From NCBI GenBank assembly GCA_017528045.1, contig JAFXPG010000010.1, forward strand, positions 13,968-77,967: a stretch of DNA of 64,000 nucleotides, written 5' to 3'. Shown here piece after piece: positions 25,629-34,385 of this stretch. A model generated the notes under the pieces. The model was not told where the DNA came from. It saw only the letters and a program-made list of their open reading frames with translations, and ran no database searches. Source of the stretch: Alphaproteobacteria bacterium (GTDB taxonomy: Bacteria; Pseudomonadota; Alphaproteobacteria; Rs-D84). The number at the start of each line of letters is the position of its first letter. Within the stretch, counting starts at the first letter, position 1. The translations under genes were made by a program, and so were the position numbers.

Positions 25629-26363
25629 ATGAAAATATTTTTGATTTATGTTTTTATTTTATTACCAAGTTCTGTTGTTGCAGAACCCCTGTTTAACACA
25701 GACATTATTAATGGTTGTGGAAACAGTTCTTATTACAAAGCTATCTTAGAAACAAATACTTATAATTGTTCAAATGGTTATTATTTACCAGCTGGTGGAA
25801 TATCTTGCGAAACTTGTCCGATTAATCATACCTGCAATGGTGGATTTTTTGTATACAACCCCACTATAACTCAGGGTTTAGAAGATGGAAATATACTTGT
25901 TCAAAATGTTACAGGTGGCTGTTTAAATAATTTTGGTCAAAACTTTTCTGCTGTATTTATTTTAAATAGTTATAATTGTTCACCCGGTTATTACTTACCT
26001 GCGAACTTTGATGAATGTCGTCCATGTTTATTAAATCATTATTGCGTTGGTGGAACGTATAGTTTTAATGAAACAACCGATCAAGGTATAGAAGAATGTC
26101 CATCAATGCGACCATTTGCACCGGTTAATTCGGATATATGTTATGCACATATATTACATGTTGGTAACGATATAATATATTTGCGTTCTAATAAATTAAC
26201 CACACCATCTTTAAATGTTGCATATGGAAATGAAGTATTTTATACGAATATGACAACGACACCAACATACATGACGTCCGGTTCATCGCATTATTTCAAA
26301 ACGATTTATAATAACACAGAATATTATATTTGTGATGATACAACATATAATGTTGAAGATTAA
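25629..26363 (+). CDS. secreted Cys-rich protein with two furin-like/ephrin-receptor-like (GCC2_GCC3-like) repeats; cassette A gene 2
   Basis: Signal peptide MKIFLIYVFILLPSSVVA. Two repeats of YNCS.GYYLPA-x5-C-x2-C-x2-NH-x-C-x-GG...N.T..QG.E. 13 Cys in the mature part. Paralog of 55203..55958. Confidence 0.6.
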   Translation: MKIFLIYVFILLPSSVVAEPLFNTDIINGCGNSSYYKAILETNTYNCSNGYYLPAGGISCETCPINHTCNGGFFVYNPTITQGLEDGNILVQNVTGGCLNNFGQNFSAVFILNSYNCSPGYYLPANFDECRPCLLNHYCVGGTYSFNETTDQGIEECPSMRPFAPVNSDICYAHILHVGNDIIYLRSNKLTTPSLNVAYGNEVFYTNMTTTPTYMTSGSSHYFKTIYNNTEYYICDDTTYNVED

Positions 26364-28108
26364 ATTCGTTCGAACATAGCGTCTAATTCAGATATTGGTA
26401 TAACCTTATATACAGGCCTTCCATGGTTACATTCCCCACCCCGCTCTGTTCTTTCTATATCACGTAAAAGTGCATCCATTTCATCCATATTCAATTTGCG
26501 ACCAGCCCTGACAGAATGGTGACACGCATAATTTGCCAATTTTAAATGCAATTTTTCATTTAATCTGGATGAATGGCCATATGCCCTGACCTCATCTGCA
26601 ATTTCATGAAAACAAACTTCCCAATTTAAATCCCAATCTGCCGGCTTTTCAAATATAGCCAATGCATTTTCACCAAACGCATCAACATGTAATCCAGATT
26701 GTTTTAATTCATCTTGGATAGATAGAACAGAATCAACATCTTCACTTTTTAATTTTATAACCAAAGGTGTCAACAAAGGTTGTGTTTTTATAGCGTGCGT
26801 TCTTAATTTTTCATAAGTTATTCTTTCATGTGCAGCATGTTGATCAATTATAACGAAACCATCTTTATTTTCAGCCAAAATATATTTATTGTTTAATTGT
26901 CCAATTACATGTCCCAAAGGCATATCAAAATCAGATTCTGTTGTAATTGTTTGTGTTGTTGTTATATTTTCTGAATTTGTTGGTATATGAATGTTTTCAA
27001 CAGATACTTTAGGTGAAGCCACAAAACTTTTGGCATAATTATTTTGATTTGTTGTATTTGTGTTAAAAAATGTTTGTACCATTGGCATTTCAAAAGCATT
27101 TGGTGTTTTTTCAAAATTATTATTAACAATATTTTGATTTAATGTTTTTGATAATGCTTCACGTAAAGTTTTTATAATAAAAGCACGAACATGTGTTGGT
27201 TCCAAGAAATGAACTTCTGTTTTTGCTGGGGACACATTTACATCAACATTACGAGATGGCATATCCAAATACAAAGCACACAATGGAAATTCACGCGCAT
27301 GCATAACATCCATATAAGAAGCACGTAATGCAGCAACTAAAATTTTATCTTTCACAGGTCTATTATTAACAAACAAATATTGATCTATGGAAGATGCCCT
27401 TCTTAAAGTTGGTTTAGATATAAAACCATGAATATGCATATCCGAAGAAGAAGATACAGAATTTATTTCCAGCATTTGTCCACGAACATCTTCACCCATA
27501 ACAGAAATTACACGTTCTATTAAATTTTGGTTTTTAGGGAAAAACCATTTGTTATTCAAAACGAATCCAACATCAGGACGTGCCACAGCCAATCTTTTTA
27601 CAGTATCTAAAACAGAAAGCATTTCTGCTTTATCTGTATGTAAAAATTTCAACCTAGCAGGTGTTTTACCAAATAAATTAGAAACTCGAATACGTGTTCC
27701 ACTTTCCCAATCAGATGGTTTTATTTCATTATTATCAACTTCAAAACACCAGCCATTTGAATCTTTACCATTATTTGTATCTATGACCATATTTGAAACA
27801 GAAGCAATAGAAGGCAGAGCTTCACCACGAAATCCCATAAAATTAATATTCAATAAATCATCTGTTGGTAATTTTGATGTGGCATGTCTTAAAACACAAT
27901 TTGCCAAATCTTCTTTGTTCATTCCTTTACCATTATCTATTACAGATATCATTGTTCTTCCACCATCAACAACATCTATAACTATCTGGTCTGCACCAGC
28001 ATCCAAGGCATTTTCAACCAATTCTTTAACCACGCTAGATGGTTTTTCAACAACCTCTCCAGCTGCTATTTGGTTAATCAAAAAATCTGGCAAAACGCGA
28101 ACAGACAT
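26360..28108 (-). CDS. mutL: DNA mismatch repair endonuclease MutL
   Basis: GHKL ATPase N-terminus (IAAGEVVEKPSSVVKELVENALDAG). C-terminal domain with DQHAAHERITYE endonuclease motif and CNHGRP. Confidence 0.92.
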   Translation of the reverse strand: MSVRVLPDFLINQIAAGEVVEKPSSVVKELVENALDAGADQIVIDVVDGGRTMISVIDNGKGMNKEDLANCVLRHATSKLPTDDLLNINFMGFRGEALPSIASVSNMVIDTNNGKDSNGWCFEVDNNEIKPSDWESGTRIRVSNLFGKTPARLKFLHTDKAEMLSVLDTVKRLAVARPDVGFVLNNKWFFPKNQNLIERVISVMGEDVRGQMLEINSVSSSSDMHIHGFISKPTLRRASSIDQYLFVNNRPVKDKILVAALRASYMDVMHAREFPLCALYLDMPSRNVDVNVSPAKTEVHFLEPTHVRAFIIKTLREALSKTLNQNIVNNNFEKTPNAFEMPMVQTFFNTNTTNQNNYAKSFVASPKVSVENIHIPTNSENITTTQTITTESDFDMPLGHVIGQLNNKYILAENKDGFVIIDQHAAHERITYEKLRTHAIKTQPLLTPLVIKLKSEDVDSVLSIQDELKQSGLHVDAFGENALAIFEKPADWDLNWEVCFHEIADEVRAYGHSSRLNEKLHLKLANYACHHSVRAGRKLNMDEMDALLRDIERTERGGECNHGRPVYKVIPISELDAMFERI

Positions 28109-28109
28109 A

Positions 28110-28580
28110 TTAATCCTTGAATTTAACATCAACTATTTCAAATTCTTTCTCACCACTTGGTAATCTTACAGTGCAAGTATCACCAACACAATGCCCTATT
28201 AACGCACGACCAACAGGTGAAGTACAAGATATAATCATACGACCATCAGATTCTATATCTGACAAAATACGGCATTCCATTTTATTACCATCTTCATCTT
28301 CTGTTATAACTTTTGCACCAAAAACAACCCTGTCTCCTGAAAGAGAATCTATGTCTATAACTTGTGCGTTTTCTATTATTGATTCAATAAATTGAATACG
28401 TTTATCAATTTGACGTTGTTTTTCTTTAGCTGCGCTGTAATCTGCATTTTCAGATAAATCACCCAAGGAACGCGCCCATTGAACAACTTTTAATATTTCT
28501 GGTCTTTGATTTTCTTTCAAATCTTTTAATTCTTTTACCAGCGCATCAAAGCCCTGACGAGATATCGGTTTCTTTTCCAT
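28110..28580 (-). CDS. greA: transcription elongation factor GreA
   Basis: N-terminal coiled coil with DLSENADYSAAKE and a C-terminal FKBP-like domain. ATG 28580 (MEKKPISRQG). Confidence 0.9.
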   Translation of the reverse strand: MEKKPISRQGFDALVKELKDLKENQRPEILKVVQWARSLGDLSENADYSAAKEKQRQIDKRIQFIESIIENAQVIDIDSLSGDRVVFGAKVITEDEDGNKMECRILSDIESDGRMIISCTSPVGRALIGHCVGDTCTVRLPSGEKEFEIVDVKFKD

Positions 28581-28665
28581 AATAAAATCCTTCAATTTTC
28601 TATTAACAATAGACCATAAATTTTAATTTTGCAATTATCAATTCAAACTATTATAATATAAGATT

Positions 28666-29733
28666 ATGTTCAGATTTAAACCTAATGTTTTAACAAGATT
28701 TTTAATAAAACGTTTCTTTGCCAGTTTTTTATTGGTAATGTTCACTGTGTGCGGAATTATATATATTGTGACTTTTGTTGAAAGATTAGGTTCTAATCCA
28801 AACACGATTGCAACATTATTAGATTCTTGGATAAGATTATTAGAATACATCCCTTTATTTTTGCCATTGGCTGTATTTATGGGGACATTATTAGCTTTTT
28901 ATAATTTAACTAAATCTTCAGAATTAATAATTATATCTGGTACAGGTTTATCCCCCTTTCAAATATCAAAACCTTTCTTATTTGGCGGATTCATTATCGG
29001 GGCATTAGCAGCAACAGTTATTAACCCATATTCTGTAAAAATTTCTACTGATAATTTAACAAAAAACCATTTAGAACTAGTAGATGATAATATCTGGATA
29101 CGTGAAAATTCAGAAAATCAATTTTTGACTATACGTGCAGATGGTATCCATATAGAAAAAAATAAAGACATAACTTTTAATAATGTGTCTATATTTTTAC
29201 AAAATGATAAATTTAAATTAACAAATCGTATTTCTGCTGATCACGCAACATTATCAAATGATGGTTTAACAATAAACAATGCTGTTAATATTAATGAAAA
29301 AGCTGATACAACAAGAAAAAATGAACATATACAAACAAAAATAACCCCACAAACTGTATTAGAAAGATACTTACAACCAGATCAAATATCTTTTTGGAAT
29401 TTACCTGCTTTCATAAAAAAGATGAATGCTGTTGGCGTTGTAACACGTGGCCATTTGGTTCAATTTTGGACATTATTGTTTTTGCCTTTAACAATGATGG
29501 CAATGGTAACATTGGGAATTGCCTTTTCACAAACAAAACAACGCAGAAATTACAGTTTTGGTGTAAAATTCAGTTTAGGTATATTAACGTGCTTTGCTTT
29601 ATATTTTATAACACATTTATTTAATGCTTTAGGTAATACAGGCACACTGCCACCATTAATTGCCATTGTTGCACCACAAATTATTATTATTACTGGTGCA
29701 TGCACATTTATAACAACTTATGATACAATATAG
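28666..29733 (+). CDS. LPS export ABC permease, LptF/LptG (YjgP/YjgQ) family
   Basis: 6-TM layout with a central periplasmic beta-jellyroll region, and N-terminus ...LTRFLIKRFFASFLLV typical of the family. F versus G not resolvable by eye. Confidence 0.7.
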   Translation: MFRFKPNVLTRFLIKRFFASFLLVMFTVCGIIYIVTFVERLGSNPNTIATLLDSWIRLLEYIPLFLPLAVFMGTLLAFYNLTKSSELIIISGTGLSPFQISKPFLFGGFIIGALAATVINPYSVKISTDNLTKNHLELVDDNIWIRENSENQFLTIRADGIHIEKNKDITFNNVSIFLQNDKFKLTNRISADHATLSNDGLTINNAVNINEKADTTRKNEHIQTKITPQTVLERYLQPDQISFWNLPAFIKKMNAVGVVTRGHLVQFWTLLFLPLTMMAMVTLGIAFSQTKQRRNYSFGVKFSLGILTCFALYFITHLFNALGNTGTLPPLIAIVAPQIIIITGACTFITTYDTI

Positions 29734-29741
29734 GAAAAAAC

Positions 29742-29873
29742 ATGCCGATTTATCGTAAAAAGAAAAAATCAAAAAAATTATTGATATACGCAATTTTAAT
29801 TGTTTTATTTATTTTAATGATTATATCTTTTTCTACTAACCCAGAAATGACTGAAATTGTATTGTGGCCATGA
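29742..29873 (+). CDS. possible small membrane protein (43 aa)
   Basis: MPIYRKKKKSKKLLIYAILIVLFILMIISFSTNPEMTEIVLWP: basic N-terminus plus one TM. Its stop overlaps the xerD ATG (ATGA). Not in the ORF track because it is under 60 aa. Confidence 0.3.
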   Translation: MPIYRKKKKSKKLLIYAILIVLFILMIISFSTNPEMTEIVLWP

Positions 29874-30733
29874 ATTATATAGATATTTTCTTAGAAGCTT
29901 TGTCTGCAGAAAAAGGTCGCAGCCAGAAAACATTATTGGCTTATTCTTCTGATTTATATTCTGCACAAAAACAAATAGGAAATTTATTATCAGCAACAAA
30001 AGAAGATATTCAAGATTATTTGTCTCATTTACCAGACAAACCTTCTTCTGTTGCCAGAAAAGCAAGTGCATTAAGAAGTTTTTATAAATTTTTAATGTTA
30101 GAAAAAATAATAGAAAAAAATCCAACAGCTAACCTAGAATTACCAAAACGAGGTCGTTCTTTACCAAAATATTTATCACAACAAGAAATAGAATTATTAA
30201 TATCTTCTTCTGGAGATATAAAAACAGCTGTTCGTTTAAAATGTATGATTGAATTATTGTACGCTTCTGGGTTACGTGTTTCTGAATTATGTGAATTACC
30301 TATGTCTGCAAATCTTGGTGACAAATTATTAATACATGGAAAAGGTGCAAAAGAAAGACTGGTCCCTATGCATGAAGCTGCACAAGATTCTTTACATAAA
30401 TGGTTAGAAATACGCGGTGATAACGATTCAAAATATGTTTTTCCATCTAATTCAGAATCTGGACATATTACACGCGATGGTTTTTTTAAGATATTAAAAA
30501 AATGTGCTGTTTTAGCGGGTATAGATCCATCACGTGTAAGTCCTCACGTGCTGCGTCATTCTTTTGCTTCACATTTATTGGCTGGCGGTGCAAACTTGCG
30601 TATTATTCAAACAATGTTGGGACACGAAGATATAGCAACAACACAAATATATACTCACGTATTACCAGAAAAATTAAAAGATACTGTTGAATCTGCCCAT
30701 CCATTAGCACATAATGAAATTAAGGATATATAA
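29870..30733 (+). CDS. xerD: site-specific tyrosine recombinase XerD (XerC/D family)
   Basis: Catalytic blocks ELLYASGLRVSEL, HVLRHSFASHLL and LGHEDIATTQIYTHV. N-terminal SAM-like domain. Confidence 0.8.
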   Translation: MNYIDIFLEALSAEKGRSQKTLLAYSSDLYSAQKQIGNLLSATKEDIQDYLSHLPDKPSSVARKASALRSFYKFLMLEKIIEKNPTANLELPKRGRSLPKYLSQQEIELLISSSGDIKTAVRLKCMIELLYASGLRVSELCELPMSANLGDKLLIHGKGAKERLVPMHEAAQDSLHKWLEIRGDNDSKYVFPSNSESGHITRDGFFKILKKCAVLAGIDPSRVSPHVLRHSFASHLLAGGANLRIIQTMLGHEDIATTQIYTHVLPEKLKDTVESAHPLAHNEIKDI

Positions 30734-30735
30734 AC

Positions 30736-31233
30736 ATGATTACAAAATGCGATCATCCAGGATGTACAAAAGCAGGCATTTGCCGTGCACCAAAAACACG
30801 AGACTTAAAAGAATATTGGTGGTTTTGCAAAGAACATGCTGCTGAATATAATAAAAATTGGAATTATTATGCCAATATGACACCTGATGAAATAGATGCA
30901 GAATGGGAACGTGAAACTTTTGGTATTGCTGATAAAGATAAAGAAAAAGCCAATCAAGATGAAGCAGATTATGTAAAATTTTTAAACGATTTTATTACCG
31001 GACGTGGAACTTTTGATAAAATGCCTGTTAAAAAATCTGTACCATCACAAATAACATCTGCTTTGGGGGTATTCGGATTACCTATAACAGCCTCTTGGCG
31101 AGAAGTTGGTATAAAATATCGTGCATTAGCGAAAAAATATCACCCAGATACAGCAAAAGATAAATCTTCAACCACAGAATTTACGCGTATAAATACAGCA
31201 TATGAAACATTAAAAAAATATTTCAAAAAATAA
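30736..31233 (+). CDS. J-domain (DnaJ-like) protein with N-terminal Cys-rich segment
   Basis: C-terminal J domain with HPD motif (YRALAKKYHPDTAKD). N-terminus CDHPGCTKAGICRAP...WWFCKEHAAEYN. Confidence 0.75.
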   Translation: MITKCDHPGCTKAGICRAPKTRDLKEYWWFCKEHAAEYNKNWNYYANMTPDEIDAEWERETFGIADKDKEKANQDEADYVKFLNDFITGRGTFDKMPVKKSVPSQITSALGVFGLPITASWREVGIKYRALAKKYHPDTAKDKSSTTEFTRINTAYETLKKYFKK

Positions 31234-31299
31234 CCTATTTTATATTTGCAAGAATGCCTTTTTATGCTATGATTCGCACATATAAAAATAGGAAAGAAA

Positions 31300-32196
31300 A
31301 TGTATGATGTAATTATTTTAGGTTCTGGACCTGCTGGATTGACGGCTGCAATATATTGTGGACGCGCAAACAAATCAACTCTTGTTTTAGCTGGCGATTC
31401 TTTGGGTGGTCAGACTGCAGAAATTGCAAAATTGGAAAATTATCCTGGCTGGGCTGGTTCTGGTATGGAATTAATTCAGTTTATGAAAAAACAAGCAGAA
31501 TCTTTCAATGCAAAGGTTGAATTTACATCTGCAACAGATATTAAATTTAATGACGAAGGCACATTTACAGTTATTTGTGATAATGGTAAAAATTTAGATA
31601 CAAAGTCAGTAATTCTTGCAACAGGTGCACGTGCTCGTCGTCTTGAAATAGATGGTGCCCGCGAATTCTTTGGCAAAGGTGTTTCTTACTGTGCAACATG
31701 CGATGGATTTTTCTATTCTGGTAAAGATGTTTTAGTTATGGGTGGCGGAAATTCTGCTTTGAATGATGCACTTTATCTTGCTGACATTGCAAAAAGTGTG
31801 AAAATTGTTTATCGTAAATCTGAATTCTTCCGCGCAGAAGCTGTATTGCGCGATCGTGTTGATGCAAAAGAAAACATTGAATGTTTATTCAATACAGACC
31901 TTAAATCTATTTCTGCAAAACCAGATTCAGATAAATTAATTGCAACAACAACTGATGACAGAGAAATTGAATGTGATGGAATATTTGTTGCTATTGGTCA
32001 CGAAGCAAACACAGATTATTTATCTGAAACAATTAAACGTGACGAATTGGGCCGTATAGCACCAGAATCTTTACCATCTGGTATGTTTGTTGCTGGCGAT
32101 GTTCAAAGTGGTATAAAAATGCAAATTGCTACAGCAGTAGGCACAGGATGCACAGCTGCTATGAACGCGATTGCATATTTGAATTCAAGGAATTAA
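31300..32196 (+). CDS. trxB: thioredoxin-disulfide reductase
   Basis: FAD site GSGPAG, redox-active CATCDG, and NADPH site GGGNSA. Confidence 0.9.
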   Translation: MYDVIILGSGPAGLTAAIYCGRANKSTLVLAGDSLGGQTAEIAKLENYPGWAGSGMELIQFMKKQAESFNAKVEFTSATDIKFNDEGTFTVICDNGKNLDTKSVILATGARARRLEIDGAREFFGKGVSYCATCDGFFYSGKDVLVMGGGNSALNDALYLADIAKSVKIVYRKSEFFRAEAVLRDRVDAKENIECLFNTDLKSISAKPDSDKLIATTTDDREIECDGIFVAIGHEANTDYLSETIKRDELGRIAPESLPSGMFVAGDVQSGIKMQIATAVGTGCTAAMNAIAYLNSRN

Positions 32197-32197
32197 A

Positions 32198-32338
32198 ATG
32201 GAAAAATTTAAATCTTTTAATGATTATCCAATTGTGCCTTCAAAAATTTTCACACCTAAAAATTTAGCACAATATGATAATTATATAAAAGAAGCCATCA
32301 GACAATCTCAACAAATGGAAATGATTGCTCTAAATTAG
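32198..32338 (+). CDS. possible small ORF (46 aa), unknown
   Basis: ATG 1 nt after the trxB stop: MEKFKSFNDYPIVPSKIFTPKNLAQYDNYIKEAIRQSQQMEMIALN. No recognisable motif. Confidence 0.2.
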   Translation: MEKFKSFNDYPIVPSKIFTPKNLAQYDNYIKEAIRQSQQMEMIALN

Positions 32339-32396
32339 GCAAGAAAAAATGTTATCTATTTCCATACTGGCAGATAAAAAATAAAGAAGGTAAAAA

Positions 32397-33677
32397 ATGT
32401 TAGATATAAAATTTATTCGTGAAAATCCAGATATAGTTAAAAACGCATGCAAGGTTAAAAATTTTCCAGATGTAGTCGATGAATTATTAGCATTGGATGT
32501 ACGCGTTCGCGAATTAAAAACAATTACACAAACAAAAACTGCCGAAAAAAATAAAATTACCAAAGAAATACCAACAGCAACAGACAAAGCACCATTAATT
32601 GCACAATCAAAAGCAATCAGCGAAGAAATTGCCGCTGATATGGCTGAATTGGCAGAAAAAGAAGCCCTGCTTAATGATTTAATGCATCGTGTTCCACAAA
32701 TTCCAGACGCTTCTGCCCCTGTTGGTGCAGATGAAAGTGCAAACATAGAAATTCGTCGTGTTGGAACACCACGTACGTTTGATTTTACACCACGTCCACA
32801 ATGGGAATTATTAGAAATGAATGGATGGTGGATGCCTGAAAAAATAGCCGGCATTTGTGGAACACGTGTTTATGCACTTTGTGGTGAATTAGCTGAATTG
32901 GCTTTGGCTGTTCAAACATATGTTGTTCAAAAATTAATTTCTAAAGGATTCAAATACATTGAATGTCCTTCTATTACAAAACCACAAACAATATTTAATG
33001 CAGGACATTTTATGGGATCTGATTTATCAGTTATGAATAACGATGTATTTATGTTATCTGATACAGACAGATGCTTGGCTGGAACCGCTGAAATAATTAT
33101 AAATTCTTTACACAGCGATGAAATTTTAAACGAAAATGAATTACCTTTAAAATACGCTGGCTATTCACCATGTTTTCGTAAAGAAGCTGGTGCAGCAGGT
33201 CGTGACACACGAGGAATTGTTCGTGTTCATCAATTTAATAAAGTTGAACAATATGTCTTCTGTAAACCAGAACAAAGTGATGAAATGCATGAACATATTT
33301 TAAATAATCTTTGTGAATTTATGGAAGCGTTTGAATTACCATATCGTGTAATTGCAAATTCAACTGGTGATATGGGATTCAACAAAGTAAAAATGAACGA
33401 TGTTGAAGCGTGGTTCCCATCTGAAAATTCATATCGTGAATTAGGGTCTTGTTCTTCCATTGGTCAATTCCAAGCACGCAGAACAAACACACGTTATCGT
33501 GAAAATGCAACCGGCGAAGTAAAATATGTAGCAACATTAAATAATACAGCTATCGCCCTGCCTCGTGCTTTGGTTCCAATTATTGAAAACCATCAAAATG
33601 CTGACGGCAGTGTAAATATCCCAAAAGCATTACAACCATACATGGGTGGCAGAACAAAAATTGGTGGAAAACATTAA
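32397..33677 (+). CDS. serS: serine--tRNA ligase
   Basis: N-terminal coiled-coil arm and class II motifs (FRKEAGAAGRDTRGIVRVHQF; GSCSS...ARR). Confidence 0.92.
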   Translation: MLDIKFIRENPDIVKNACKVKNFPDVVDELLALDVRVRELKTITQTKTAEKNKITKEIPTATDKAPLIAQSKAISEEIAADMAELAEKEALLNDLMHRVPQIPDASAPVGADESANIEIRRVGTPRTFDFTPRPQWELLEMNGWWMPEKIAGICGTRVYALCGELAELALAVQTYVVQKLISKGFKYIECPSITKPQTIFNAGHFMGSDLSVMNNDVFMLSDTDRCLAGTAEIIINSLHSDEILNENELPLKYAGYSPCFRKEAGAAGRDTRGIVRVHQFNKVEQYVFCKPEQSDEMHEHILNNLCEFMEAFELPYRVIANSTGDMGFNKVKMNDVEAWFPSENSYRELGSCSSIGQFQARRTNTRYRENATGEVKYVATLNNTAIALPRALVPIIENHQNADGSVNIPKALQPYMGGRTKIGGKH

Positions 33678-33680
33678 ATA

Positions 33681-33709
33681 AAAAATCACCCGTTTGGGTG
33701 ATTTTTTTT
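33681..33709. terminator. bidirectional intrinsic terminator AAAAATCACCC-GTTT-GGGTGATTTTT
   Basis: Palindromic hairpin with flanking A/T runs between convergent genes. Confidence 0.7.
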
Positions 33710-34247
33710 AACGACTTAATACATTTGTTTTTATACGACTGCGTAACATCTTCATATTTTTACGAGCTTGTTTAATTTTTAAAGCCAAATCAAAAACATT
33801 AACTTTTGAAGTAACACGTTTAGAATCTTGTTCGATTTCTTTTGCGTATTTTTCTTTTTGATCATCAGGTATTATTTCATAATTTTGTACTTTATCTAAA
33901 AAATTATAATACTGACAAGCCAAAGAAACATCCATAGCATGACGAGACAACATCCAAATAATATCTCTTGGACTTTCAACAAACACATAATCTCCGTAAC
34001 AATCTTCTGGTCTGACAACATGGCTTTGTGAGAATTCCTTGCTGCGTCTTAACCAAGAAGATTTACTTCTTTCACTAGAAAACCATTTCTGATCTTTTGC
34101 AACAATATCCATTACTCCTAATGAACGACAAGCATCACATTTTTCATGTAAATTCATTTTTCTCCAACGACGACGCACATATTTTTTTGCCAAATCTCTG
34201 TAAGCTGCGAAACCATCAGTAATATAACCTTTTAACATTTCAGACAT
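33708..34247 (-). CDS. hypothetical protein
   Basis: 179-aa ORF with basic termini. No motif recognised. Confidence 0.5.
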   Translation of the reverse strand: MSEMLKGYITDGFAAYRDLAKKYVRRRWRKMNLHEKCDACRSLGVMDIVAKDQKWFSSERSKSSWLRRSKEFSQSHVVRPEDCYGDYVFVESPRDIIWMLSRHAMDVSLACQYYNFLDKVQNYEIIPDDQKEKYAKEIEQDSKRVTSKVNVFDLALKIKQARKNMKMLRSRIKTNVLSR

Positions 34248-34385
34248 ATTTTTTCCTTTTTTTGTTATTCACACTGATATTATAGACAAAATTTTTTTAA
34301 TGTCAATTTTTTAATATAATTTGTTGAATTTTTAAAATTATAGTATAATCTATAAGAATTCGCGAAAAAACAATAAGGTTCATAT

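Noticed and set aside
34248-34385. AT-rich 138-nt divergent intergenic region upstream of typA, examined for a dif site or DnaA boxes because xerD and ftsK are in the window.
   Set aside because: No convincing match to TTATCCACA-type boxes or to a 28-nt XerC/D dif-like palindrome. Sequences such as GATATTATAGACAAAAT are indistinguishable from background AT-rich promoter DNA (TATAAT-like hexamers).
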